Source of the DNA: Eledone cirrhosa
Taxonomy: Eukaryota
Direction of reading: 5' to 3'
Length of the DNA: 64,000 nucleotides
Assembly: GCA_964016885.1 (NCBI GenBank)
Contig: OZ024747.1
Span: forward strand, 72,602,001-72,666,000
Shown piece after piece: positions 39,969 through 52,600 of the stretch. Positions within the stretch are counted from its first letter, which is position 1. Each line of letters opens with the position of its first letter. Both the position numbers and the translations under genes were made by a program. The notes under the pieces were generated by a model. It saw only the letters and a program-made list of their open reading frames with translations, ran no database searches and was not told where the DNA came from.

Positions 39969-40017
39969 TCTATCTATATAGTTATCTATCTGTCTGCCCT
40001 CTGTCTATCTATCTATC

Positions 40018-43000
40018 TTCACGACTGCACCACAGTGGACGTGGGCAAACCGCAGCGGGACATCTAGATCGTATTTAGATAGGTTCTTCATTAGAGAAAG
40101 GGACAAGGAGATGTTAAGCTGTCCACGAATGCACATGGTTGCCTATTCACAATTAGTCATCTGCATAGTCAACCGTGACAGAACACATAGATAGGGACCC
40201 GGATACTGGAAGCTGAACGTGTCGTTGCCGGCACGTAAAGCTTACAGAGAACGGATAAGTAGACTAGTCAAGCAACAATTAACGGGAGCCATCGTCAACA
40301 ATAGATGGTGGTACTCTCTCAAGAAAGCAATTAGAATAGAATCGATAAGGTTTAGCAGAGAGTTAGCCTTAGATAAAAACAAAATAGAAAGAGAACTAGG
40401 AGCCAAGGTAGAGGAGGCACTTAGAAGTGGCAACGCAATTAGAATGTTAGCATCGAGAATGGCACTGGACCAGTGCTTCGATGCGAAACACAAAGGCTGC
40501 ATGGTCAGAAGAAAAACACGCGCTCTAGGAAACGAAGGAGCGAAAGCTGCCAGCTGGGCCCTAGTGGTGGAGGCAAAAAGTGGCAACAAGTCCATGATTC
40601 GGTCTTTGAAAGACCAAAACGGACGCGTGCTACTTGACCCCAAGCAAATGTGCGCGGCCTTTCAACAGCACTTTGCGCGACTGTTTGAGCAGAACGACGG
40701 GGAGCTGAACGGGGCAAAGGACTTTAGTTCATACCTCGACGGCCTGCCGCGTCTCTCGAACACGGACGCCGAGTTCTGCGAAAGACCGACCACGGACACT
40801 GAGATACGGGACGCTCTGGGCCGCTGCGGGAAACGCAAATCACCCGGTCTAGATGGTCTACCCTATGAGTTTTACATAGGCATGCCGGACTTGTTCTCTG
40901 GCGTCCTCGAAGCCGTCTACTGCAATTGGCAGCAGAACGGGACAATTCCCAGTTCTGCAAGCAAGGGCGTAATAACGCTGATCAGGAAAGACGAGAACAA
41001 GGGGGACGAAATTAACAATTTCAGGCCCATAACTCTGCTCAACACAGAGTTCAAAATTTTGGTCAAGGTGCTAGCAACGAGGCTGGCGCTTGTCGTCGAA
41101 AACCTGGTAGGGAAAGCGCAAACGTATGCAATCCCGACCAGGTCCATACACGACAATCTCCACCTCATGCGATACATCATAGAGAGGGTGGGGTGTAAAC
41201 CCGACTTCGGTGGGGCTCTGATCAATTTAGATCAGTCTAAGGCATTCGATAGGGTCGACTATCGATACTTGGAAGCGGTTCTCAAGGCGGCAAGTTTCGG
41301 TCCTGTTTTCAGGGGCTGGATCAACGCGATGCACACCAGCATCTGCTCGAGGGTCAAGGTGAACGGCTACCTATCGGAGCCGTTCGCAATCATGCGTTCC
41401 ATTCGACAGGGAGACCCTCTCTCCTCCACTCTGTACGTATTGACTCTAGAGCGACTACTGCGGAAGTTGAGCTTTTGCAGGGCATCCCTTTAGAACCGGG
41501 ACTGCGAAAAGCGGCGTCGGCTTATGCCAACGTGACGGTAATGGTGTCGAAAACCTCGGAAATCAAGGAAATCGGCAACCAACTACAGGAATATGAAAAG
41601 TTCACAGGAGCAATACTGAACCCGGACAAGTCTGTCGGTTTGCTACCCGGAACGTGGAGAGGCAAACCGATGCCATCCGACAGCGTCGTCGAACGCTGGA
41701 CGGAAGGACCGGTGAAATTGCTCGGGGTCTGGTTCGGTCCAGACCTACAGGTGGAGAAAAACTGGAACGAGGTCATGGCCAAGGTATTTGCGCTCACCTA
41801 GAAGTGGGCAGAGTGCAAACTGTCTTTGAAAAGTCGAGCGGTGGTGGCGAACACTTTCATAGTGTCCGTCATCTACTACCGCTTGACTGTCGTGCCTTGT
41901 CCCTGTGAATACCTCACTAAGATGGAACGCATGCTCTTCCAGTTCCTGTGGAAGAAGCAGGCTCTACTGGTGAGGAGATCCATCTGCTGTCAACACCCTT
42001 CCAACGGAGGGCTTGGAATGCCGTGGCTAATGATGCGCAAACATGCGCTGAGGCTACGGCATCTCCAGGTATTCCGCACCGACCAACCGGTGTGGGCACC
42101 GTTTGTGAGACAAGCCTTCCCACAACTTGTCTCGCTAACGGAACTGCAGTCCTGGGTGAAGCGAAGACCGAAGAAGATGGGCGCCTGGCATATTGAATGC
42201 GCCCAGGCGCTCACAGTTCTCTGTCAAGCGGGCACAGCAATCAATGGAGACTCCACTTCGACATTCTATAGAGGGTTAGTACTTTACAAGTGCGGCGACG
42301 TGCTCAGGGAGACTCTAGGTGTCGAAGAAGACGAGCACACCAGTCTGTTCGGTAGAACGTTCCGCCCGGGGCCTATGGACAACTTCCAGAGGTCCCTGGC
42401 CTGGCAGTGCTACCGAGGAGCTCTACCCGTTCGAGATAAGATCTACAGGCACAGACGCCTCGGCAGAGATCCTTCCAAGAGGACGTGGCCAAGATGCGAG
42501 CAGGATATTGAAACCGTCTTGCACGCAATTGTACACTGCCCGGGCGTAAGCGACCCGTGGAACTATGCAGAACAACTGCTGTCGCGTATGCGACAAATCC
42601 AGTTGACTGCCGAGTCCATAGTAAGGATCAAACCGCCAGCCTCTTTCAAAAACGAAAGAGAGGCGGTTTTCCTCTGTACAGTGGCTATGGTGAAAGAGGT
42701 TATATGGTGGACGAGATTGAGAGGACTGAGGACAGATGCCTTTCTCTCCGGACAACAATTGATTCCCTTCTTTAAGTATCACATTAGAAGGAGAATCAGA
42801 GTGGAGAGAGAGGCCCTGCATCCCAGTAAATTTACTCAAAGGTGGGTGAATGTGGCAAAAATGGTCCGAGTGATTGGGCCTTCTCTGTTTATAAGCCTGT
42901 AGGTTAAAGAAGAGAGCAAAAGGAAGAAAGGAGCACTTGCACAACACGCTCCTGAAGTTGAGGGTTGTTCTATCGACGGGGTATTAAACAACCTATTTGT

Positions 43001-43135
43001 GGCGCTTCCCTCTTATTGGGGATTTCGATTGTTATAATTATTTGTTTTATGTTTTTTACACGACTGTATGTAAAACCCCCGGCATGTCTTTGTATTGTCC
43101 CCTTTTCTTGTGCGCCCTTGTGGCAAATAAAGAAA
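40018..43135 (+). mobile_element. 5'-truncated L1/Tx1-clade LINE, 3.1 kb
   Basis: APE C-terminus (WTW..SYLDRFFI..GPGYWKLNVSL), RT and zf-RVT domains, 3' UTR. Preceded by tctatctatctatc and followed by tctctctatc. Confidence 0.93.
40219..42902 (+). pseudogene. Disrupted LINE ORF2 (reverse transcriptase + zf-RVT)
   Basis: KSPGLDGLPYEFY, NFRPITLLNTEFKIL, LDQSKAFDRVD, IRQGDPLS. Frameshift near 41470, catalytic YADD decayed to YANV, stop at 41799-41801, then GGLGMPW and ETVLHAIVHC. Confidence 0.92.
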
Positions 43136-43435
43136 TCTCTCTATCTCCCTAACTCCCTCCCCGCTCTCCCTCTCTCTCTGTAAGACGAACGCGTGTTTTT
43201 TAACATGTTTTAATATGTTGAACTAAAAGCAACATCTGTGACCTACAGTTATTTGAAGGCTATCAAAGTTTGAAAGAGTTTTGTATTTAACTATAAGAAT
43301 GCTGTATCTTTTATACGCGTAAAGATAGTCTCTTATATTTTCTTGTCGACAAAGAGGGTGAGAGAAAGGCCTAATGGTAATTTTTTTGCGGCGATTATGA
43401 TTACAAAGGGAGTAGCAGAAAATGTTTCTACGGTT

Positions 43436-43535
43436 CCGCCGAGGTTAACTTTGCCTTTCATCCTTACGGGGTCGATAAAATAAAGTACCAGTAATGCACT
43501 GGGTAATTGCTGGCCTTGTGCCAAAATTAGAAACA
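43436..43535 (+). mobile_element. SINE 3' fragment
   Basis: ccgccgaggttaactttgcctttcatccttacggggtcgataaaataaagtaccagtaatgcactgggtaattgctggccttgtgcc is a near-exact reverse complement of part of 24820-24920. Confidence 0.85.
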
Positions 43536-43567
43536 ATTATTTTCAGTAAAGCTTATAATTTAAAAAC

Positions 43568-43905
43568 TGGCTTAGTGGGTAGGAATTTCGACTCCTGATT
43601 GTGAAGTCATGAGTTCGATTCCCGCCAACACGTGTCTTTGGGTAAAACATTTCATTTCAATTTGCTCCACTCCACTCAGTTGTGTATGTGTACCATGGCA
43701 TCTTGAATCTCCCTGAGAATTACATTAAGGTTACATGTGACTGCGGACTACTCATACATACTTATGTATCTGTATAAGGGGAGGGGTGTATCGAAAAAGT
43801 TCGCTCCGTGACCACGTGGTTTTCGGTTCAATCCTGTATTTACTGTACCTAATTCATGTGTTTTTTACTATAGCCCCAAATTTGGTAGCCGGAAACTTTG
43901 CTGAA
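43568..43905 (+). mobile_element. tRNA-derived SINE fragments with Pol III boxes
   Basis: A box tggcttagtgg (43568) and B box gagttcgattc (43611). Second B-like box ggttcaatcc near 43825 and tail ..tactatagcc..tttggtagccggaaact. Confidence 0.6.
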
Positions 43906-43908
43906 GTT

Positions 43909-45100
<1,192 letters not shown>

Positions 45101-45197
45101 TTAAGTTTGGCGTCGTTGAGGTGGCCGGAGTTGTTTGAAACCTATGAACCAATGATAATCGAGAATTATGGCACACGGAATATTGACATTGTTGAAA

Positions 45198-45385
<188 letters not shown>

Positions 45386-45512
45386 TTGCAGAACCATTAA
45401 GTGGGACATAAAAAAAACCAGTAAATGTAAACAAACTAGAATAAGTACTGGTGTCCATATGACTTATAATGAATGCCTGAAAGGTATTGTCCCAGCATTC
45501 TGATAACTGAGA

Positions 45513-45768
45513 CCCCCACCTCCATCACCACCACCATTACTACCACCGCCACCAACACCCCCATCACCATGACCACCGACGCTACTAACGCCACCATGAC
45601 AGCTATCTAAACCACCAGAAACACCACCACAACGACGACCACCACCGCTACTACCGCCATCACCACTACCGCCACGACCACCACCAGCGCTACTACCGCC
45701 ACCACCGCTACTACTGCCATCACCGCCACGACAACCATCACCAGCGTGACCACAACAACCACCACCAT
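45513..45768. repeat. (ACC)n-rich degenerate trinucleotide tract
   Basis: Direct reading. Confidence 0.85.
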
Positions 45769-46314
45769 ATCCCCGATTGACATTATCTCGAATAGCACGG
45801 TTCTCAAAGTAACATGGACCTACCAACTGACACCATCAGATATCAGAAAAATGTATCGAGGTGAAAAATATCTCAGAAATAATATATTGACAATAAAGAC
45901 GTCTACATACATAGACCAATATCAGAAGAAAATATTACTTACCTAATCTATTGAATAAGGACATCGGGGAACAGCTGCTGTCTAGAAACTGCCGCTTTTA
46001 TTGTCATCAATCTCCAGCTTATCTTTATAAATCTATGTCTAAATTTGTGCACGCTATTAACTCGTTTACGTGGTAACATACACTTAAATATAGTATATAA
46101 TCAAGCTGTAATCGCTGTAGATGTAAAAGGACTGGTGATAAATTTTATGAGATTTTTATTGATTAATCATGAAGAAGAAAGGCAACCAATGTACATAGTC
46201 ATTTCTCATGTCTACAAGATAAAGGGAATGGACATCCGTCGGTTTGAACAATAAATGCTCCGGTTGTTTGATCAACAAAAACATGTTCATGGCTGAGCAT
46301 TCTATATATATACC

Positions 46315-46649
46315 TACTCTCGGGTGCACCAAAATCGGGGGGTGGGGTTGGAATAAGCGGAGTGGGGTGGGGGTGATGGAAAATCGGTAAATTTTTAAAA
46401 CCAGAATTAGTCGTTTAGTTTACATATTGTGACCACAACCCATCCTATTTATTTTATAACGTATGGAATTTCTAGTGATGTACTTTTTTTGTCATGTACA
46501 ATGTTTTTTAATGTCTAAAGAAAATTAATTATCGCAGGAATGCTACCACTTAAAATAAAATTTCGCCGGAGATATATTAGAAAAGTTTAATAAGTGGGGT
46601 CTGAAAATTTAATAACTGGGGTGGGAGGGATTATTGGAGACCTGAGATA
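46315..46649 (+). mobile_element. MITE-like non-autonomous DNA element, copy 2
   Basis: Homologous to 20121-20455; imperfect terminal inverted repeats ctcgggt / acctgag. Confidence 0.55.
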
Positions 46650-46719
46650 ATTCTTGGGAGAATTAAGCGTGACAATGTTTGAGACATGCCGGCCCTCTAA
46701 ATTAGAGGTACAATCCATC

Positions 46720-46830
46720 CGATGGGCTTCCAAACAGTTTCAGTCTACTCAATTCAATTTAATTCACAGGACCTGAGTCGATCCGCGGCTGTAGTAAATC
46801 ACATGAGGTTACCCTGTAGGATCGTGAAGC
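46720..46830 (-). mobile_element. SINE tail fragment
   Basis: The reverse complement reads ..tactacagccgcggatcgac..gagtagactgaaactgtttggaagcccatcgg, related to the tail at 43860-43905. Confidence 0.5.
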
Positions 46831-46898
46831 GGACTAACCAATTCTGCGAAAATTAATGGCCATTTGCCAACGAGAGAAAAAATAATCATAGATATGAA

Positions 46899-47118
46899 GA
46901 GGCTGGTGAATTTGCAGTAATTGGTAGAGCGTTGGACAAAATGCTTTGTGTAATATAGTTATGGCCCTTTACGTTGAAATCCCGTCGAGATCTGCCTTTC
47001 ATGATTACAAGGTCGCTAAATTAAAGCACCAGTAACGCACTGATGTCGATATAACCGATGTTCCTCTCCTTGTACCTCCACCAAAATTGCTGGCCTTGTG
47101 CCTAAGTCAGAAACCATT
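46899..47118 (+). mobile_element. tRNA-derived SINE, near full length
   Basis: ggctggtgaatttgcagtaattggtagagcgttggac..gaaatcccgtcgag..gcctttcat..aaattgctggccttgtgcctaagtcagaaacc. Confidence 0.75.
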
Positions 47119-47625
47119 ATTATAGATTATTATAGATATTCAAAAACTAATATTATGTAACATATACACAGAATTAAATATTAAAAAAATAAAACAAGAT
47201 GTTTATCAATGCTTCAAAATTGTCATTTATTTTACCAGACTTTTATCTTAAATGTATTGGTGGAACAAAAAAGAATTTGTATAAATATATGGATATATAT
47301 ATTTTTATATTATTTCTTAAACGATTATCTTTATAGATTAAAAAAGAGATTGAAGTCTTAAACTGTCTTTTCTCTTCCTGAACTCTCTTTCGTGTATTTC
47401 TTTGTTTATGAGCCTTCAACTTTAATTACTCCATTTGTGTTATTACATTTTATTAAGTCATATTAATAACTGTTTGAAACTTTATGTAAATATTTGTGAC
47501 TTTATATGTGTTTGCATATATATGAATATATGTATGTATATGTTTATACTTACATATGTGTTGTGAGTATGAGGGACGCGTGTGTATCTGTGCACATACA
47601 TACATACACATATTCATACATACAT

Positions 47626-47682
<57 letters not shown>

Positions 47683-47714
47683 GATAAATCTACCAAAAGT
47701 TTACGGTAGTGTCC

Positions 47715-47781
<67 letters not shown>

Positions 47782-47802
47782 GATTTGTACACACGAAAAT
47801 TA

Positions 47803-47881
47803 TTGCGCAACCTTAGGTTTCATGGTTTCATAAGATTGCACGATCGCAATCGTTGTTTGTCAACCGCTTCACCAGGCGCAA
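47803..47881 (-). ncRNA. Type I hammerhead motif with an A6G core mutation
   Basis: Minus strand: ttgcgc-CTGGTGA-agcggtt..gattgc gatcgt gcaatc..aaccat-GAAA-cctaagg-TT-gcgcaa. Stem I is perfect; adjacent to (TA)n. Confidence 0.6.
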
Positions 47882-48164
47882 AAATTACCTCGTATAGACA
47901 CTGTCTCTTCTTTTTATATACATACATACATACATACATACATACATACATACATACATACATACATACATACATACATACATACATACATACATACCCA
48001 CGCATGATGATCTATAATATTGTGTATTGATCAAAATTATTCTTGTATTTCTACTCTTGATAATTCTTATTAATTCCTTCATTGAGCAAAAGTGGTAATG
48101 GTTGAACTCCCTCATATGTATGTCTATACTTGAGTGTGTATATATATATATATATATATATATT

Positions 48165-48231
48165 CAGGGAGTGTAACACGGAGTTACAGATCGAACCTTG
48201 AGCTGATCGGTGGCGAAACGCGCGTCACTGA
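48165..48231 (+). ncRNA. Decayed hammerhead motif (3' half intact)
   Basis: GA-gttacagatc..gatcggtggc-GAAA-cgcgcg-TC-actga. The CUGANGA box is not recognisable. Downstream sequence is homologous to that after the 34635 hammerhead. Confidence 0.45.
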
Positions 48232-49617
48232 CCAATGAACGTAATGAAGGAGTAAGCACTCGTCCTTGTTTTATATATATAATTTTGGTTGCTTATATAC
48301 ATTTTTTCTTCTAACTTTGATTTTATACCTAACTAGCAGTAAAGCCCGGCGTTGCTCGGGGTCGCTCAGTAGCTGTGTTAAAGTTACAATGTTAAGTTTC
48401 TTTCTTGGCTTAAAAACTGTAGTGTCTACTGTGCAGACTTGCATGTGGTGTTTTTGATTAATATTCCCTCAACCAACAATATGCCTTATGAAGTTAAGAA
48501 AACATAACGATAACCCGAATGTTATAACAAAAGAGGATGCTGGGGATAGAAACTGCACTGGTTATTTATTAACAAAGATCGAAAATGTAAACATTGCAAC
48601 GCAGAGAAAAACATTAGCGTAACCAAATTATCAGTTATTTTGAAACAAAGAAATTGGATGGACATGAAGAACAAAAAAAAAAATGCGTTATCTGAAGTCG
48701 AGGGGCAGGCAGCATCAAATAGGTTTGCACTTGTGATAAAAAATATTGACAATGTAATAGCTCAGATGTTTAAGTATAAAGTATGAAGAGCTCATAACAT
48801 ACCCATGGTGAGTTTGACGGGCAGATTATAGACAGCCACAGCATGCGAAATGGATAGCTGCAGCAAAAGCCATATTCACCAAAAAGAATCACTAAAATCA
48901 ACAAAACAGAAATGCTGCTTCCATTGCATCTTCAGGTGCAACTGAGAATGATGACGAAAGTTTACTTTGACGCACCAGAAATGCTGTTGTCGCTTGTTGT
49001 CCATGTCGGAATGCATATTGAAACAATGAAAGAAATGACGGAAACAATCTGTGTATGTATGCGGCAAGTTGTGTGTGTCTACGTATTAAACGCCGGACTT
49101 GTCAGCGACTGGAGGGTGTCCTTAACAATCGAAAGCATCAATTCCAGAGTCCACTTTGACTTGCAAGCAATGCCGGGCCTATAGGTCTCGTGATGTGTCC
49201 TATGGTGTCAGAGGCGTTGTGCTTGTTAAGAAGTTGGCGTCATGTCGTCAGTTTCGAAGTTGCTGATGTCGCGTGTGTGTTAATGCATGAGCACGCATGT
49301 ATGTCGTTCTTTTAACTGTGTGTGGGCGTATGTGTGGGTGCATATGATGGCGGTGTGTGCAAATACGAAGTGCGAATAAGTTTGTATATAGTTCTGTTGT
49401 TTGACATATATTTGTACAATGGTAGAAAATTCAAATGAGAAGTGATTCACTGTTGCATTGGTAACTGTAATTTACTCTGCAAATGCACTGAAAGGTATGT
49501 CTAGGTGTCAATAGAATGCACTGCGTCAATGTTGAATAAGTCTCCTTTTTTCAGGTTTCGTAGATGCTATATATTTAAGGCAGTTGGTGTAACATTGCCA
49601 TTTTGAACATAAAAACT

Positions 49618-52600
49618 CTATAAAACCTCACGGTATACAATATTCTTTGTTTTTCCATTTGGAGCAAAGGCAAAAAGGTTATTCCGGCTGCCAACTCGAG
49701 AACATCCAACGTAGAATTGTCCATGTGAGAAACATGGTTCCTCCAGGTGAAGTCCTGCAACAGATAAAGTCTGACCCTGGGACTTGTTGATGGACATAGC
49801 AAAGGCAGCACGAAGGGGAAATTGAGTTCTTTTAAAAGAATAGGGTGCATCCACTCCTGATGTAGTAAGAGTTACCATAGGTATTAAAACATCTTCTCCT
49901 CTTCCACACCCTGACATAATCGTAGCATAAATAATGTGCTGTGATATCCTATTGACAACAAGGCGTGTACCATTGCAAAGCTTGGGAGGAGTTATATTCC
50001 TGAGAAGTATAACTGGACATCCTTCCTTGAGAGACAAAATATGTTGAGGTAGACCAGGAATGTCCAATGAATTGAGGAATTCAATGGGATAACTGACCGC
50101 ATCATGTGGATCAACATTGGTATCAATAGACTTAAAAGTCATATCATTTCCAGGAAGACTTTCAAGCATTTGGCGATTAATGGCGGAGACAGTGATATTT
50201 GTAGGAGCTAATATAGCCCTCTCACACAGCCATGCATGATTGCGGTAATTATCTACCAAGCTGGGAAAAACGGCTGCCTTGAGATCTTCGACAGTGTTAA
50301 CCAGACAGCATATATTGTCGAGTGCAATGTCTCTATGCACATCTGAAGGTACTTTGCCGTCGCCAAGAATGAGAAGGTCTTCAGCAAATTTTTCAGACAC
50401 AGTATCGCCATGCAGTTGAATACGCATGTTAGTGGTCAGACGAAGTGTTGTTACCTGTTGCCACAATGGAGAAGACTTCAGGCAGGCCCGAACTTGATCC
50501 GCTCTGGTGCCCTTTGGAATAACCGGCAAAGTTTGTCGAAAGTCCCCTGAAAGCAAAAGAGTTACACCCCCCATGGTCTCCTGACAGTCTCTAATGTCTT
50601 TTAGCGTTCTATCTAAGGCCTCAATAGCTCCTTTGTGAGCCATGGTACATTCATCCCACACAATCAGTTGGCACCGCCGTAGCAGTTCTGCTCTGGGACT
50701 ATCCTTGGTGATGTCACAGAGCGGTGTTTCAGCTGATACCAAGTTAAGCGGAAGCTTAAAGGTAGAATGTGCTGTCCTACCGCCAGGAAGTAGTGTTGCA
50801 GCAATACCAGATGATGCAACAGCTATTGCGATAACTTCATTCTGTCTAACTTTGGCAAGAATAAGTTTAGTCACAAAGGTTTTTCCAGTGCCTCCAGGGG
50901 CATCAAGAAAGAAGATACCACCCGATCGATGAAATACATAATCAGTGATAGTGTTGTATGCTAATTGTTGATCAGGAAGTAGTTTTGATTCCATTTCAAA
51001 CACATATCTAGCTAGAGCATCGACATCATAAGATGTTTCTTGGATGATGAGAATTGGAATTTTATTAGAATCAGTGCGGTGGGTTTGTGGAAGACCGTAT
51101 GCTGGCAAGGCATTCCCACCCATAAGGAAAATCCTGTCCTCTATATCTATAAGCCCTTTATTGTATAAATCATCACTGAAATCTATTTCTATGTCAGGAA
51201 GTAGTAGTTGAGCCTGGTGAAGGAAGTCCTTAGACAGTTGGTTCCGAAACTTCAACCATAATGTGTAGGGATCACAAATGTTACATAAGTGAAGAAGCTT
51301 TGCAAAGACCTCTCGTAGGCTTCCAGCTGAGTGTGATGAAGCGATCTCCACCAAGGTTGCATCCCACCGTGAGTCATCTTCAAGCATTCCACGAGCCAAA
51401 CAGGCATCTCTGTATGTAGACCAAACACGATTACTGAAAGTTCTGAGGTCCTGAAAACTGGTCGGTCCTTTGACCTCATGCAGTAGCATTCGAAGATAGA
51501 AGCAACTGTGTTGATTTGGAGGAATCGTATACACTCGCCCCAAGCAATTAGTGAATTTGATTCCAGGAACTCCAATAACTGGTTGGCCAGTCTTTCTGCG
51601 ACACCATGTTTTTTTATTCCATGTGTAGTATGATGGCACCTGAGGATACAGCAATGATTTTGCGAACTCATCGTATTTGCACAGTTTGAAGAATCCAGTT
51701 AAAGTTGTCTCCCTTGGGGTCTGTGCTAATTCAGTGGCATTTTCATTGGTATAATACACCCGTTGACCGTGTTCTAGGTGTACATCTAATTTTACAATTG
51801 AAGGGTGCCTATCATGTATTGGAAAACCAAAGATTCGCCAAAAGGCCTCGCTACTACTTATGTATCGACCTACTTGGAATTGTGTTACTTCGTCTCTATT
51901 GTTTTCGTTGAGTATACCGAACGAAGCAGCGTCAGAACCTTTATTAACATACTTACATATGTATTTGATGCACTTGACGGAGCTACAGAATTCAACATTA
52001 ATGTGTGCGTTGAAAGTACTGAGCAGGAGTGGACAATAGGGAATGATCCATCTGTTGTCAACCTCGCCATTCTTAACCCTAGCCGTAAAACCTCCATCTT
52101 CAGGTCGCCTACGTCTATATAATGGGTAGCCATCATTGCCAGTCTGAGTATCGCGAATAAATTGACGGGGAAATTTTTTAGTGCATCTTTTATTGCCTGT
52201 AACGCATGGTAAGTCGGTTCTAAAGCCAGGCCCACATGGACCATGCACCATATGTGCCCTAACTTTCATGTCCAAGTCCTTGTCAGTGGAAGGATCTGGT
52301 AATTCTGCAGAGATGATCCTGTCAATGTCGTTAGAACTAACCTTTGTTGTCAGCCAAATAAGAATATGAGCATGGGGGAGGCCCCTTTTTTGCCATTCGA
52401 TTGTGTACATGTCACATTGAACTGGTCCGAAAACCTCACCTAATTTCATAAGATCCATAAGCTTAAGTAACTTAAGACGGAATACTCTAGCTGCGAGATC
52501 ATGTCGGCGTGTGGTGTTCTGACCAGGAAGGAGTTCGTCCTCAATCTCCTTCCAATTGGGGTTACATGTAAAAGTTATGAATAAGTCTGGACTACCGTAA

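Noticed and set aside
43568-43628. tRNA gene
   Set aside because: A and B boxes are present, but there is no acceptor stem or complete cloverleaf and it continues into a SINE body.
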